Source: Rhizomicrobium sp.
GTDB lineage: Bacteria > Pseudomonadota > Alphaproteobacteria > Micropepsales > Micropepsaceae
Direction: 5' to 3'
Length of the DNA stretch: 64,000 bases
Assembly (NCBI GenBank): GCA_036267995.1
Contig: DATAUZ010000033.1
Span: 37,431 to 101,430 of the forward strand
In this document: in pieces, positions 9,914-19,595 of the stretch
How the letters are laid out: every line of letters begins with the position of its first letter
Position numbering within the stretch: position 1 is the stretch's first letter
Program-made: the position numbers and the translations under genes
The notes under the pieces: model-generated
The model's input: the letters and a program-made list of their open reading frames with translations, nothing else
Databases searched by the model: none
Told to the model about the DNA's origin: nothing

Positions 9914-10393
9914 TCACCAATAATGGCTGCGCGGCGCGCCGGTCAGTTCGGCCAGGCGCCGTCGCGTGCCATCCGTGGTGCCCGGCGGCGGCGCACCCGG
10001 ATCGCAGAACAGCACTTCGCGGATTTCAAAATTCGGTTTGAAATCGATTGTGGCTTCAGACACGCGATAGAGAGCGATCACATTCGTCGTCCAGCCAAGC
10101 TTGCGGGTATAAAGTCCGAACAGCTCCGGCGCTGTGTCAGATCGAAGGCCGACCTCTTCTTGCAATTCCCGCATCACCGCTTGGGCTGGGGGCTCCCGGC
10201 GCGCGACGCCGCCGCCCGGTAGCGCCCAACCGTGGATATAGCTGTGCCGGACAAGGAGAACCTGCCCGCTCCCGTTTTCCACCATTGCACTGGCGCCAAA
10301 TGCGACCGGCGACGCGGCAGCCCGAAGGCCGGCCAGCCCGCCCAGCGCAATACGTTGGTAAAACGGCGGCCGGTCGCCCATCTCAAAGCCCAT
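9914..10393 (-). CDS. NUDIX hydrolase
   Basis: Nudix box GGGVARREPPAQAVMRELQEEVGL. Confidence 0.8.
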   Translation of the reverse strand: MGFEMGDRPPFYQRIALGGLAGLRAAASPVAFGASAMVENGSGQVLLVRHSYIHGWALPGGGVARREPPAQAVMRELQEEVGLRSDTAPELFGLYTRKLGWTTNVIALYRVSEATIDFKPNFEIREVLFCDPGAPPPGTTDGTRRRLAELTGAPRSHYW

Positions 10394-10509
10394 CCAAGCT
10401 GCGTCGTAAGGAAATTCTAACCATATCGTCTTAGCTTGACTTGGCCTTTACACCAACGGATCGGCCCGTCCCAACCGGTCCTGCGCGCAGCACCTGAGTC
10501 CGGCCAGCC

Positions 10510-11025
10510 ATGAGCGCTCCCACCTTCGACCATCTCAAGGCCCTCGTTGTCGAGGACAATCCACAATTGCGTTCGTTGTTGCGTTCGTTGCTGCACGCGT
10601 TGGGCATCAAAACTGTGTTCGAAGCCGCCGATGGCGAAAGCGGCTTTGCCGAGATGCGCGAAAAGAAGCCCGATTTCGTACTGACCGATCTTTCGATGGA
10701 GCCGATGAACGGGCTGGATTTCACCCGCATGGTGCGCACCGCCGAAGGCAGCCCCAACCCTTATGTGCCGATCGTGATGGTGACGGGCCATACCGAGCGC
10801 CACCGCGTGGAAGGCGCGCGCGATGCCGGCGTCACGGAATTTCTCGCCAAGCCGATCACGACACAAAATCTCTTCCTGCGCATCACGGAAATCGTGGACA
10901 GGCCACGCCCCTTTGTGCGCAGCGAAACCTATTTCGGGCCGGATCGCCGCCGCCGCAGGGCGCCGGACTTCACCGGCCCGTGGCGCCGCCGCGAAGACAA
11001 GGCCGGCGGAATCGAAATCCAGTAG
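10510..11025 (+). CDS. single-domain CheY-like response regulator with Arg-rich C-terminal extension
   Basis: Receiver residues E15/D16, D60, T92 and K114 are all present; about 40-aa tail PFVRSETYFGPDRRRRRAPDFTGPWRRRED. Confidence 0.85.
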   Translation: MSAPTFDHLKALVVEDNPQLRSLLRSLLHALGIKTVFEAADGESGFAEMREKKPDFVLTDLSMEPMNGLDFTRMVRTAEGSPNPYVPIVMVTGHTERHRVEGARDAGVTEFLAKPITTQNLFLRITEIVDRPRPFVRSETYFGPDRRRRRAPDFTGPWRRREDKAGGIEIQ

Positions 11026-11040
11026 AGGAAAAAGAAGGCG

Positions 11041-11526
11041 ATGACGCTCAAACCCAATCTCTTGGCAGACATGACGATCACTCCCGTCAGCGCCTATCCG
11101 CAGCCGGTATCCGGCATCGTCAAAACACAACTGCGCCATGCGCTCAGCAGCCGCGAAACGCTGAAAGCCGCCGAGAAGGTGATGCAGGAAAAAAGCGGCG
11201 ACATGCGCGAAGCCGTCTTGAGCTATGTCGCCAAACTGGAAGCCGCGAAAAATTCCGGCGACGCCGGTTTGCTGTTTGCGCAGGCGCATGAAATTCGCGG
11301 CCTTGCGGCCAACGCCGGTCTGGTGTCGGCCGGGCGCATCGCCGACGGGCTTTGCCGCTATCTGGATGAAGCCGGCCGCCGCGAAGCCACCGTGGACCGG
11401 GCCGTGACTTCGCTGTTCGTGGATGCGGTATCGCGCGCGAGCCACGCCACCGACGACGCCACCAAGCTTGGCGATACCGTGGCGCGCGAACTGAACGCGC
11501 TGGCCGCGCGCAAGCTCGCCGGCTAG
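11041..11526 (+). CDS. hypothetical protein, possible Hpt (histidine phosphotransfer)-like
   Basis: AHEIRGLAANAGL resembles the Hpt HxxKGxxxxxG motif; all-helical-looking; 15 nt downstream of the RR gene. Confidence 0.45.
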   Translation: MTLKPNLLADMTITPVSAYPQPVSGIVKTQLRHALSSRETLKAAEKVMQEKSGDMREAVLSYVAKLEAAKNSGDAGLLFAQAHEIRGLAANAGLVSAGRIADGLCRYLDEAGRREATVDRAVTSLFVDAVSRASHATDDATKLGDTVARELNALAARKLAG

Positions 11527-11701
11527 CAAGACAAAGTTAAGAATTGCAGCGCTCAACCGGGCTTAAATTGCCTGAAATTGCTGGTTTTGCTGGCTGTGAC
11601 GCACCCAACCTTCACGGCTCTTTAAGCCCTTCCCTTAATACTGATCGCGGCAGAAACGTCCGTTTTCCGCGGGCGTTGGCGCGGGGTTTCAGAGTTCATC
11701 C

Positions 11702-12574
11702 ATGCTCCAGATCGGCGGCATAGTCTTTTTGTTCGTGATGGTGTTCGGCGGCTTCCTGATTTCAGGCGGCTCCGTCGGCGTCATCGGCGAAGCCTTGCCG
11801 CATGAGATGATGACCATCGGCGGCGCCGCGATTGCGGCACTTCTCATCGGCGGCTCGATCTATTCGCTGAAGCAAATCGGCGGTGAACTGAAAAAAGTCG
11901 TCACCGGACCAAAATGGAAACCGTCCGATTATCGCGATCTTCTGGCGCTGTTGTTTCTGCTCACCAAGACGATGAAATCCAAAGGCCTGATCGCGCTGGA
12001 ACAGCATATCGAACGCCCCGAAGAATCCGGAATCTTCAAGCGTTTCCCCCGCATCTGCCACGATCACTTCGCCCTGCCTTTCATTTGCGACACGCTGCGC
12101 ATGATGACCATGAGCCTGGAAGATCCGCATCAGGTGGAATCGGCCATGGAAAAGCAGCTCGACAAGCATCACGCCGAAGCGCTCGGCCCTGCCAACGCGC
12201 TGCAAACGATGGCTGACGGATTGCCCGCGCTGGGCATCGTGGCGGCGGTTCTGGGCGTGATCAAAACCATGGGTGCTATTTCCGAACCGCCGGAAGTTCT
12301 GGGCCGCATGATCGGCTCGGCGCTGGTCGGCACATTCATGGGCGTGTTTCTGGCGTACGGAATCGTCGGCCCCATCGCCACGCGCCTGAAAATGATCGTG
12401 GACGATGAGGCGCAGTTCTATCACGTCATCCGCGACGTGCTGGTAGCGCATCTGCATGGCAATGCGGCGCAGGTTTCTGTGGAAATCGGGCGCGGCAGCG
12501 TGCCGACCGAAGCGCAACCGAGCTTTCAGGAACTGGAAGCAGCGCTCGACAATATCCCGCCGGAAAAAGCCTAG
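11702..12574 (+). CDS. motA: flagellar motor stator protein MotA
   Basis: Four-TM MotA/TolQ/ExbB architecture; N-terminus MLQIGGIVFLFVMVFGGFLISGG; conserved C-terminal PALGIVAAVLGVI...VGTFMGVFLAYG block. Confidence 0.9.
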   Translation: MLQIGGIVFLFVMVFGGFLISGGSVGVIGEALPHEMMTIGGAAIAALLIGGSIYSLKQIGGELKKVVTGPKWKPSDYRDLLALLFLLTKTMKSKGLIALEQHIERPEESGIFKRFPRICHDHFALPFICDTLRMMTMSLEDPHQVESAMEKQLDKHHAEALGPANALQTMADGLPALGIVAAVLGVIKTMGAISEPPEVLGRMIGSALVGTFMGVFLAYGIVGPIATRLKMIVDDEAQFYHVIRDVLVAHLHGNAAQVSVEIGRGSVPTEAQPSFQELEAALDNIPPEKA

Positions 12575-12741
12575 TTCTTCGCTTTCACCAAAACGCGCTC
12601 ATCGGATAGCGCCACGAAATATGTCGCCAGCGCGCCAGCGAATATGCCCAGCGGCACCGCATACAGAACATCGAGATCGCAACCGAGCACAATGATAGTG
12701 GTCACGACCAAACCGGTCCACTGCCCCACGTTTTTCGGCAT
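12571..12741 (-). CDS. possible 56-aa small membrane protein (below the ORF-track threshold)
   Basis: I translated MPKNVGQWTGLVVTTIIVLGCDLDVLYAVPLGIFAGALATYFVALSDERVLVKAKN. It has two hydrophobic segments. RBS spacing is poor (AAGG abuts the ATG). Confidence 0.25.
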   Translation of the reverse strand: MPKNVGQWTGLVVTTIIVLGCDLDVLYAVPLGIFAGALATYFVALSDERVLVKAKN

Positions 12742-12828
12742 CCTTGAGACTCACCCCAGATAACGCGCCAAGCCTGACGCTTGGGTGCGCGCGAGTGAAG
12801 CAAATGCCTAATGAAAGGTTAATTTGTC

Positions 12829-14316
12829 TCAGGGGGCGATTTCGAACTCGATTCCCTGCGCCAGCGGCAGCGCATCGGAATAATTGATGGTCGCGGTCTG
12901 GCGGCGCATATAGGCCTTCCAGCTATCCGAGCCGCTTTCGCGCCCGCCGCCGGTTTCCTTTTCACCGCCAAACGCACCGCCGATTTCCGCACCGCTCGGC
13001 CCAATGTTCACATTGGCGATGCCGCAATCCGAGCCCGAAGCCGCGATGAACTTTTCGGCTTCCTGCATGTCGGTGGTGAAGATGCAGGATGACAAACCCT
13101 GCGGCACCGCATTGTGCAGCCGCAGAACATCAGCGAAATCCTTGTAGCGAAGCACATAAAGAATCGGCGCGAAGGTTTCGTGGGCGACGGTGGCGGTTTG
13201 CTCCGGCATTTCCACGATCGCCGGCTTCACATAGTAAGCGCCGGACGCTTTGTCTTCGTTCACGCGGTTGCCACCGGTAACTTTGCCGCCTTCGTCTTTG
13301 GCGGACGCCAGCGCGCGCTCCATGCCGTCATAGGCATGCTTGTCGATCAGCGGCCCAACAAGCGTGCCCTTCTCCAGCGGATTGCCGATGGGAAGGTTCG
13401 CGTAGGTCTTCTTCAGCGCCGGGACCAGGGTGTCATAGATGGAGTCATGCACGAACAGGCGGCGCAAACTTGTGCAGCGCTGTCCGGCGGTGCCGACAGC
13501 GGAAAAGATGATCGCGCGCTGGGCGAGATCTAGCTTCGCTGACGGCGTGACGATCATGCCGTTGTTGCCACCAAGTTCCAGAATGGATTTGCCGAAACGG
13601 GCAGCCACAACCGGCGAAAGCTCGCGGCCCATGCGCGTGGAGCCTGTCGCACTCACCACCGGGATGCGCGCGTCTTTGGCCAGCGCTTCGCCGGCTTCGC
13701 GCACGCCCAGAACCACTTGCGAAAGATTGGCCGGCGCATCGCCGAATTTCTTTGCCGCGCGCTCGAACAGCGCCAGCGTGGCAAGCGCGGTCAGCGGCGT
13801 TTTCTCGCTGGGCTTCCAGATCACGCTGTCGCCGCAGATCAGCGCCAGCGCCGCGTTCCACGCCCACACCGCCACCGGAAAATTGAACGCCGAAATCACC
13901 GCGACCGGACCGGCCGGATGCCAAGTTTCCATCATGCGATGGCCGGGACGTTCCGAAGCGATGGTCAGGCCATAAATCTGGCGCGAAAGACCGACCGCGA
14001 AATCGCAGATGTCGATCATCTCCTGAACTTCGCCCAGGCCTTCCTGAACGATCTTGCCAGCTTCCAGCGTGACCAGCTTGCCCAGCGCATCCTTGTTGGC
14101 GCGCAATTCCTCGCCCAGCAATCGCACCAGCTCACCGCGCCGCGGCGCCGGCACATTGCGCCAGACCTTGAACGCCTCAACGCTGGCGCCGACCTTCTTC
14201 TCGATGCTTTTCACATCGTCGTAAGCGACACGGCCAATTTCCGCGCCGTCGATGGGCGAGCGGATGGCGTGATCGCCGGAAGGCTTGATGCCGAAATGCG
14301 CGAGAAGATCGTTCAT
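12829..14316 (-). CDS. aldehyde dehydrogenase, ALDH7 / piperideine-6-carboxylate (aminoadipate-semialdehyde) dehydrogenase-like
   Basis: ELGGNN and catalytic-Cys context GTAGQRCTSLRR; ALDH7-like N-terminal region EVQEMIDICDFAVGLSRQ. Confidence 0.85.
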   Translation of the reverse strand: MNDLLAHFGIKPSGDHAIRSPIDGAEIGRVAYDDVKSIEKKVGASVEAFKVWRNVPAPRRGELVRLLGEELRANKDALGKLVTLEAGKIVQEGLGEVQEMIDICDFAVGLSRQIYGLTIASERPGHRMMETWHPAGPVAVISAFNFPVAVWAWNAALALICGDSVIWKPSEKTPLTALATLALFERAAKKFGDAPANLSQVVLGVREAGEALAKDARIPVVSATGSTRMGRELSPVVAARFGKSILELGGNNGMIVTPSAKLDLAQRAIIFSAVGTAGQRCTSLRRLFVHDSIYDTLVPALKKTYANLPIGNPLEKGTLVGPLIDKHAYDGMERALASAKDEGGKVTGGNRVNEDKASGAYYVKPAIVEMPEQTATVAHETFAPILYVLRYKDFADVLRLHNAVPQGLSSCIFTTDMQEAEKFIAASGSDCGIANVNIGPSGAEIGGAFGGEKETGGGRESGSDSWKAYMRRQTATINYSDALPLAQGIEFEIAP

Positions 14317-14328
14317 CGGTGCTTTTCC

Positions 14329-15396
14329 TTACGCGTAATATTTGCCGAAGCGGTTGCCCAGGAAATCACTGAGCTTCACGTCTTCCTGCTTCACGAAACC
14401 TTTTTGCGGCAGCTTGCCGGTGGCCAGAAGATCGGCCACGGCGCAAATGCCGGCAGCGGTGGTGATCTGGATGGCGGTCATGAACATCTCGCCCACCTGC
14501 TGGGCGTAGATTTTCTTGGCGTAGCTTTCCTGCGTGAGCTTGCCGTCGATCCAGCCCGACACCGTCACAAACACCAGCACCACATCCTGCTTGGTCGCGG
14601 GAATAGACGTCTCAAGCATCGTCTTGAAAACATCGCGGTTGTTGGCGAGGCCCAGATCGCGCACCAGCAGCTTCACCATATCGCGGTGACCGGGATAACG
14701 CGCGGTCTTGTAGTTCAGGTTCTCAACCTTGCCGTCCAGCGTTTCGGTCAGCGTACCAAGCCCGCCGGAGGTGTTGAAGGCTTCGTATTCGATGCCGTCC
14801 AGCGAGAAAAGCTCAAGCTCTTCCAGCGCCGGCACTTCGGTCTTGCGGCCGTCGCGCACCGCTTCGCACGGATTGCAATATTCGTTGATCAGGCCATCGG
14901 TGGACCAGGTGAGATTGTATTTCAGCGCGTTGTGCGGATAGACCGGCAGCGCGCCCACACGCATCTGCACATCTTTCAGCTTGTCGAATTTCTTGGCGAG
15001 ATCGTAAGCCACGATGGAGATAAAGCCCGGCGCCAATCCACATTGCGGAATGAACGCGGTGTCCGCGCCCTTCGCCAGCTTCTTCACCACGCGCGTGGAT
15101 TCCACGTCCTCGGTGAGATCCAGGTAATGCGCGTTCGCCTTCTTGGCGGCTTCCGCCACCAGATAGGTGAGATTGTAGGGCATGGCCGAAAGCACGATGT
15201 CCTGGCCTTCCAGCTCCTTGGCGAAACCGGGTGAGGCAATATCCACCTTGCGCACTTCCACGTTCTTGCGCGGCAGGCGCTCAAGGTTCGCCACATCGCG
15301 ATCGACCACGGTGACCTTGTAGTCGCCGGTCGATGACAGAAGCTCGGTAATGGCGACACCAATTTTGCCGCCGCCGGCCAGCATGACGTTCTTCAT
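14329..15396 (-). CDS. saccharopine dehydrogenase-family protein (lysine catabolism; possibly lysine 6-dehydrogenase)
   Basis: Rossmann N-terminus MKNVMLAGGGKIG. Only the last 355 aa of the 667-aa track ORF are plausible. 12-nt gap to the ALDH7 gene. Confidence 0.8.
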   Translation of the reverse strand: MKNVMLAGGGKIGVAITELLSSTGDYKVTVVDRDVANLERLPRKNVEVRKVDIASPGFAKELEGQDIVLSAMPYNLTYLVAEAAKKANAHYLDLTEDVESTRVVKKLAKGADTAFIPQCGLAPGFISIVAYDLAKKFDKLKDVQMRVGALPVYPHNALKYNLTWSTDGLINEYCNPCEAVRDGRKTEVPALEELELFSLDGIEYEAFNTSGGLGTLTETLDGKVENLNYKTARYPGHRDMVKLLVRDLGLANNRDVFKTMLETSIPATKQDVVLVFVTVSGWIDGKLTQESYAKKIYAQQVGEMFMTAIQITTAAGICAVADLLATGKLPQKGFVKQEDVKLSDFLGNRFGKYYA

Positions 15397-15525
15397 GGAC
15401 GTTCTCCCCGAAAATCTGAGGTTTTCTAGGCTTTCGCGGGTCCGAAAAGGAGGCGGCGAAACGCCGGAAAGTGCGCTATGGTCCGGCAAAGTGCCGGATT
15501 TTCCGGCGAAACGCCGGGTTCTCGC

Positions 15526-15951
15526 ATGCGCGAAAAAGATGCCGAACTGATTTCGCTCCTCAAATCCAACGCGCGCGAGCCCACCGCGTCGCTCGCCCGC
15601 AAGCTGGGGCTGGCCCGTTCCACCGTGCAGGAGCGTATCGCGCGGCTGGAACGCGAGGGCATGATTCAGGGCTATGGCGTGCGCTTGTCCGACGCCGCGG
15701 ACACGCGCGCTTTGCGCGCCATCGTGATGATCGCCGCCGATCCCAAACAGGCCGAACGCGTGGCTGCGGAGTTGAAGAAGATTCCCGATGTGCGCGCGCT
15801 CTCCGCTGTGTCCGGCGCGTTCGACATGATGGCGGTGGTGGAAGCCGAAACCACCGCGCAGATGGATTCGACGCTGGATCGCATCGGTGCTGCCAACGGC
15901 GTGGCCCGCACCGTCTCCTCCATTATCCTTTCCGAAAAGTTCTCGCGCTGA
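15526..15951 (+). CDS. Lrp/AsnC-family transcriptional regulator
   Basis: HTH N-terminus (DAELISLLKSNAREPTASLARKLGLARSTVQERIARLE) plus an RAM/ACT-like C-terminus; divergent from the lysine-catabolic pair; the alternative start at 15478 is less likely. Confidence 0.85.
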   Translation: MREKDAELISLLKSNAREPTASLARKLGLARSTVQERIARLEREGMIQGYGVRLSDAADTRALRAIVMIAADPKQAERVAAELKKIPDVRALSAVSGAFDMMAVVEAETTAQMDSTLDRIGAANGVARTVSSIILSEKFSR

Positions 15952-16077
15952 ATCCGCGCTTTTGCGGTGAACGCGGGATGAAGATTCCTGATTTTGACGC
16001 CTATTAGCAGCTGCTGCGGCTTCTTCCACACGTTTTCCGCGTGATAGTCTCGCGCCGCCATCGGGGGTTTGGTGTCC

Positions 16078-17574
16078 ATGAACGCGGCAGAGGTAACACA
16101 GTCGCGAACGCGCGTCGGCCGCGCAATCGCGCGCGCGCGCAAGCCCAACCGAGATCACATGGAAGCGCTGAAGAAGCGTATGCCGTTCTGGTTTGTGTTC
16201 ACGACGCTGTTCGTACTTGCTGCCTGGCAGATCCTGCTTAACCCCTTCGGCTTCTCCAGCGTGATCCAGCGCTACACGCAGGATATTTCCGACCTGTTGA
16301 TTACCGGACCGTTCTATCCCACCTCCGGTCACGATCAGATTTCCGTGGCGCTCACCGAAGAAGACACATTACAGGCGCTGAACGAACCGTGGCCCTGGAG
16401 TTATGGCGCGCATGCGCGCCTGCTGGATGCGCTGCTGGCTTACAAGCCGCGCGCGGTGATCGTGGATTATCTCTTTGTCGACAATCGCAACGACGACACG
16501 CTGGCCGATCTTGTCACAGAAATCCACCGCTATCAGGCGGCGCACATTCCCATCTATTTCGAAGGCGGCCGCGATGTACCGTTCGGCGAAGCGCCGCTGC
16601 GTCCGGAAATCGCCGCCACCGGCGTGCCGGTGCTGGATCCTTCCATTCTCGTGAACAACGGGGTCGTGCGGCAGTACCCGACAACGGGAGAATGTTTCGG
16701 GCTGCACCGCGCAGGCAAGCAATGCTTGTCACTGGCGCTCTCGGTTTATCGCAGCCTCGCCAAGCGCGACGCGCATATACCGCCACTGCAGGTGAACACC
16801 GACGGCTTAATGGAACTGGTGTGGGGCACCAACACCGATCCCTACAATCGCAAATGGCGCACGGTGACAGGCGAAAACGGCGCAACGCTTTCCTGCGACG
16901 ATCATATGGGCTTCTTCAGCCGCATCTTCGCCGCCTTTTTCGATGCGGATTCGGTGCGCCAGCGCTGCCCCTACGCCACGATCCTTCCAGTCGAAGAACT
17001 GGTAAAAGGCGTCAACGATCCGGACTTTCCAAAAATCATCCCCGGCCGCGTGATCTTCTACGGCGCGGCGCTGGAAGGCGCGCAGGATAAATCCTTCACG
17101 CCGGTCAGCGGATTGCAGGCCAATGTCTTTGTGCATGCAATGGCGCTGGACAACCTTCTCACCTACGGCGGCAAGCCGGAGCAGGATGTCGTCACGCTCT
17201 TCGGAAAAACTTATGAAAGCGATCCGGTACAAGTGGCGGCGATCGCGCCCGTTATTCTGATTCTTTCGTGGCTGCATATGCGGCGCAAACGGCGCGCGGA
17301 AACAAAAAACGCCAAACATCACGACGTCAGTGCCACCGTCGAATATTTTCTCGATAAGGGGCTGGAAATGGCCTGGCACTGGCTCGCCTTCTTTCTGGCG
17401 CTGGGCGCGGGATTGGCGCTTACGCTGGCAGTTGGCCTTTCGGTGGCCAACTGGGTCGAAGTCGTTTTCGTGTCGGTGGAATTGGCGGCTATGCTGCTGA
17501 TCGGCGTACCCGATGCGCTTTGGGGTTATCTGCATCACGTGGCCGGGGGCGTTCCCGACCTTCAGCAAACTTGA
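16078..17574 (+). CDS. CHASE2 domain membrane protein without recognisable output domain
   Basis: N-terminal TM; CHASE2-like block ISVALTEEDTLQALNEPWPWSYGAHARLLDALLAYKPRAVIVDYLFVD; three C-terminal TMs, then the protein ends. Start is uncertain (TTG 16069 / ATG 16078). Confidence 0.75.
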   Translation: MNAAEVTQSRTRVGRAIARARKPNRDHMEALKKRMPFWFVFTTLFVLAAWQILLNPFGFSSVIQRYTQDISDLLITGPFYPTSGHDQISVALTEEDTLQALNEPWPWSYGAHARLLDALLAYKPRAVIVDYLFVDNRNDDTLADLVTEIHRYQAAHIPIYFEGGRDVPFGEAPLRPEIAATGVPVLDPSILVNNGVVRQYPTTGECFGLHRAGKQCLSLALSVYRSLAKRDAHIPPLQVNTDGLMELVWGTNTDPYNRKWRTVTGENGATLSCDDHMGFFSRIFAAFFDADSVRQRCPYATILPVEELVKGVNDPDFPKIIPGRVIFYGAALEGAQDKSFTPVSGLQANVFVHAMALDNLLTYGGKPEQDVVTLFGKTYESDPVQVAAIAPVILILSWLHMRRKRRAETKNAKHHDVSATVEYFLDKGLEMAWHWLAFFLALGAGLALTLAVGLSVANWVEVVFVSVELAAMLLIGVPDALWGYLHHVAGGVPDLQQT

Positions 17575-17586
17575 GAGGAGAGGATC

Positions 17587-17991
17587 ATGAAAAGACTTTC
17601 GATTGTGTTGGGCGGCGCATTGGCGCTCGCATTTGTTTCCGCACCTGCCTTTGCCGCAAGCGACACCTGCCCTGGCAACGGCGACATGGTGACATCGGCC
17701 AAGACGCCGCAAGTCGATCTCTTCGACGGCGCCAACGGCAAACGCGTGAAATCCATCGATCAGGATCAATTCCCCACCTGCCTGCCCGTGGCAGCGCATG
17801 CGGGCAACGGCATGATGGAAGTGAGCATCGACGGCACCAATTATTGGGTCGAACCGCACATGGTCAACGCACGCGTGGCCGCCAGCGGCAAACCCATCTG
17901 CCGCAAGCTGGCGATGGGCGGCGATCAGGCGAAGGTCGGTGCCACACGCGGCCTTGGTGAAGGTTGCCCCAAAACGGGTGACGCACAATGA
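17587..17991 (+). CDS. secreted 4-Cys hypothetical protein
   Basis: GAGAGGAGAGGA RBS; signal peptide MKRLSIVLGGALALAFVSAPAFA; ATGA overlap with the next gene. Confidence 0.6.
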   Translation: MKRLSIVLGGALALAFVSAPAFAASDTCPGNGDMVTSAKTPQVDLFDGANGKRVKSIDQDQFPTCLPVAAHAGNGMMEVSIDGTNYWVEPHMVNARVAASGKPICRKLAMGGDQAKVGATRGLGEGCPKTGDAQ

Positions 17992-19553
17992 TACGCACGG
18001 GTCTGCGACGCGCGCTTGCGGCGACCACCTTTCTTTGTGCCGTTGCGTTCACGATGCCAGCGGCGGATGCCGGCATGTTCGGCGGCGGCGGACAGGGCGA
18101 CGGCTATCCCGACAAAGGCAAAGCCATCGAACTGCTGAAGCCGGCCGCGGACTATAGCGGCATGCTGACGGACCGCACGCGCACGCTGGGCATCATGCGA
18201 TCGCGCGCGCAGGGCTTTGTGCCGTCACCGGAGCTGCATGACTATGTAAAGGGCGTGATGGTGAAGCTGCTGGCCGGCGTGCCGTTGCCGCCATCCTTCA
18301 ACCCCGATGTTCGCATTCTGGCGGCGCCGGAATTCGCCGGCGAATGCACGCCGGACGGCACGCTTATTCTCACCGTGGGCCTGCTGGAGAAACTCGACAA
18401 CGAAGATCAGCTTGCCTTCGTGATCGGCCATGAACTCAGCCATGCGATCTATCAGCATCGCGTCGCCGACTGGTACAAGAAATCGCAATACTATGCAGTG
18501 ATTAACGGCGCAGCGGTGGACCAGGGCGTGCTTAGCGTTTCGGTTGCGGCGGGCGCGAACTCCAACGATGTGATGCGCGCCATCGATGTGGCGCAGCATG
18601 TGATGAAACTGTCCGCCAACGTGCTGGCCCCGCAATTTGAAAAGGGCCAGGAAGACGCTGCCGATGCGCTGGGCTTCGACATGATGGTCAAGGCCGGTTA
18701 CAGCACCGACGCCGCGAACGCCGTGCTCGACAAGCTGGCCGAGCAGGAAGCCGAAGCGAAAGCCGCGGCCGACGCGGCAAAGGCGGCCACCAGTTCCAGC
18801 GGCAGCGGCATGGCGGACGATCTGTTTCACAAAGTTGGCGGCGTCACCGGCTTGATGAATCTGGCGCAAGGCCATGTCGATCGCGAAACCGTCACCAACA
18901 TCTCTATCTTCGCGTTCGACAGCGCGGTGGACAATATGTCGGAAGATGCCACCACCCATCATCCCGCGAAGGAGCGCGAGAAGCTGCTGGCGGCTTATGA
19001 GTTCCGCGAATATCGCGACACGCTTCCTGCCACGCCCAAGCCGCTGCCATGGCAGGGCAAGCCCAAGGGTGCCGATGCGAAGAAAATGGCGGAAGTGATG
19101 GCGCACTATTCCGATGCGGAAGACGCCGCCGAAGTGCTGGCGCAGACGGGCGGCAATCTTTCCGGCGCACAGGGCGCGGTCGGCAAAGCCATAACGGTGC
19201 CGACCACCGACCACGCCTACACGGAATATGTGGCGGCGGAATATTACGACCAGAAGAAAATGGGTCCGCAAACCGAAGCTGCGCTGCAGAAGGCGGTGAA
19301 CGGGCCGGAGCCTTCGTGGGCCGTCTATTCCAAACTCGCGAGCATCTATATCGCGCGCGGCGATTGGGCGAAGGCGCAATCGCTGATGGATCAGGCCGAC
19401 GCGCGGTTCGACAATTCGCCGGTGCTTTATCCCAAGCGCATTGAAGTGGCCAAGGGTGCCGGCCGCGATACCGGCGATCTGGTCTCGCAATGCAAAGGCG
19501 CCGGCATCGACGAGCTGACGGCGGAGTGCAAGAAGGCGGCCGGCGAAAGCTGA
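17988..19553 (+). CDS. M48-family zinc metalloprotease with C-terminal TPR-like region
   Basis: HELSH (HExxH) with downstream EDAADALG; signal-like N-terminus; C-terminal YIARGDWAKAQSLMDQA TPR-like helices. Confidence 0.8.
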   Translation: MIRTGLRRALAATTFLCAVAFTMPAADAGMFGGGGQGDGYPDKGKAIELLKPAADYSGMLTDRTRTLGIMRSRAQGFVPSPELHDYVKGVMVKLLAGVPLPPSFNPDVRILAAPEFAGECTPDGTLILTVGLLEKLDNEDQLAFVIGHELSHAIYQHRVADWYKKSQYYAVINGAAVDQGVLSVSVAAGANSNDVMRAIDVAQHVMKLSANVLAPQFEKGQEDAADALGFDMMVKAGYSTDAANAVLDKLAEQEAEAKAAADAAKAATSSSGSGMADDLFHKVGGVTGLMNLAQGHVDRETVTNISIFAFDSAVDNMSEDATTHHPAKEREKLLAAYEFREYRDTLPATPKPLPWQGKPKGADAKKMAEVMAHYSDAEDAAEVLAQTGGNLSGAQGAVGKAITVPTTDHAYTEYVAAEYYDQKKMGPQTEAALQKAVNGPEPSWAVYSKLASIYIARGDWAKAQSLMDQADARFDNSPVLYPKRIEVAKGAGRDTGDLVSQCKGAGIDELTAECKKAAGES

Positions 19554-19595
19554 CCGTTGTTGAGTGTCGTTTCAAACTTTCGGGGAGTTTTTTCC

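Noticed and set aside
11646-11671. Imperfect inverted repeat CGCGGCAGAAACG-TC-CGTTTTCCGCG just upstream of motA as a regulatory hairpin or operator
   Set aside because: It has a bulged stem with a 2-nt loop and no supporting motif. It contains GGCA but not the GGCA-N5-TGCC arrangement, so it is too weak to call.
15397-16332. N-terminal 312 aa of the 667-aa minus-strand ORF 14329..16332
   Set aside because: It is antisense to the Lrp-family gene and has Arg/His/Gly-rich junk composition. The saccharopine-dehydrogenase Rossmann N-terminus (MKNVMLAGGGKIG) begins at 15396.
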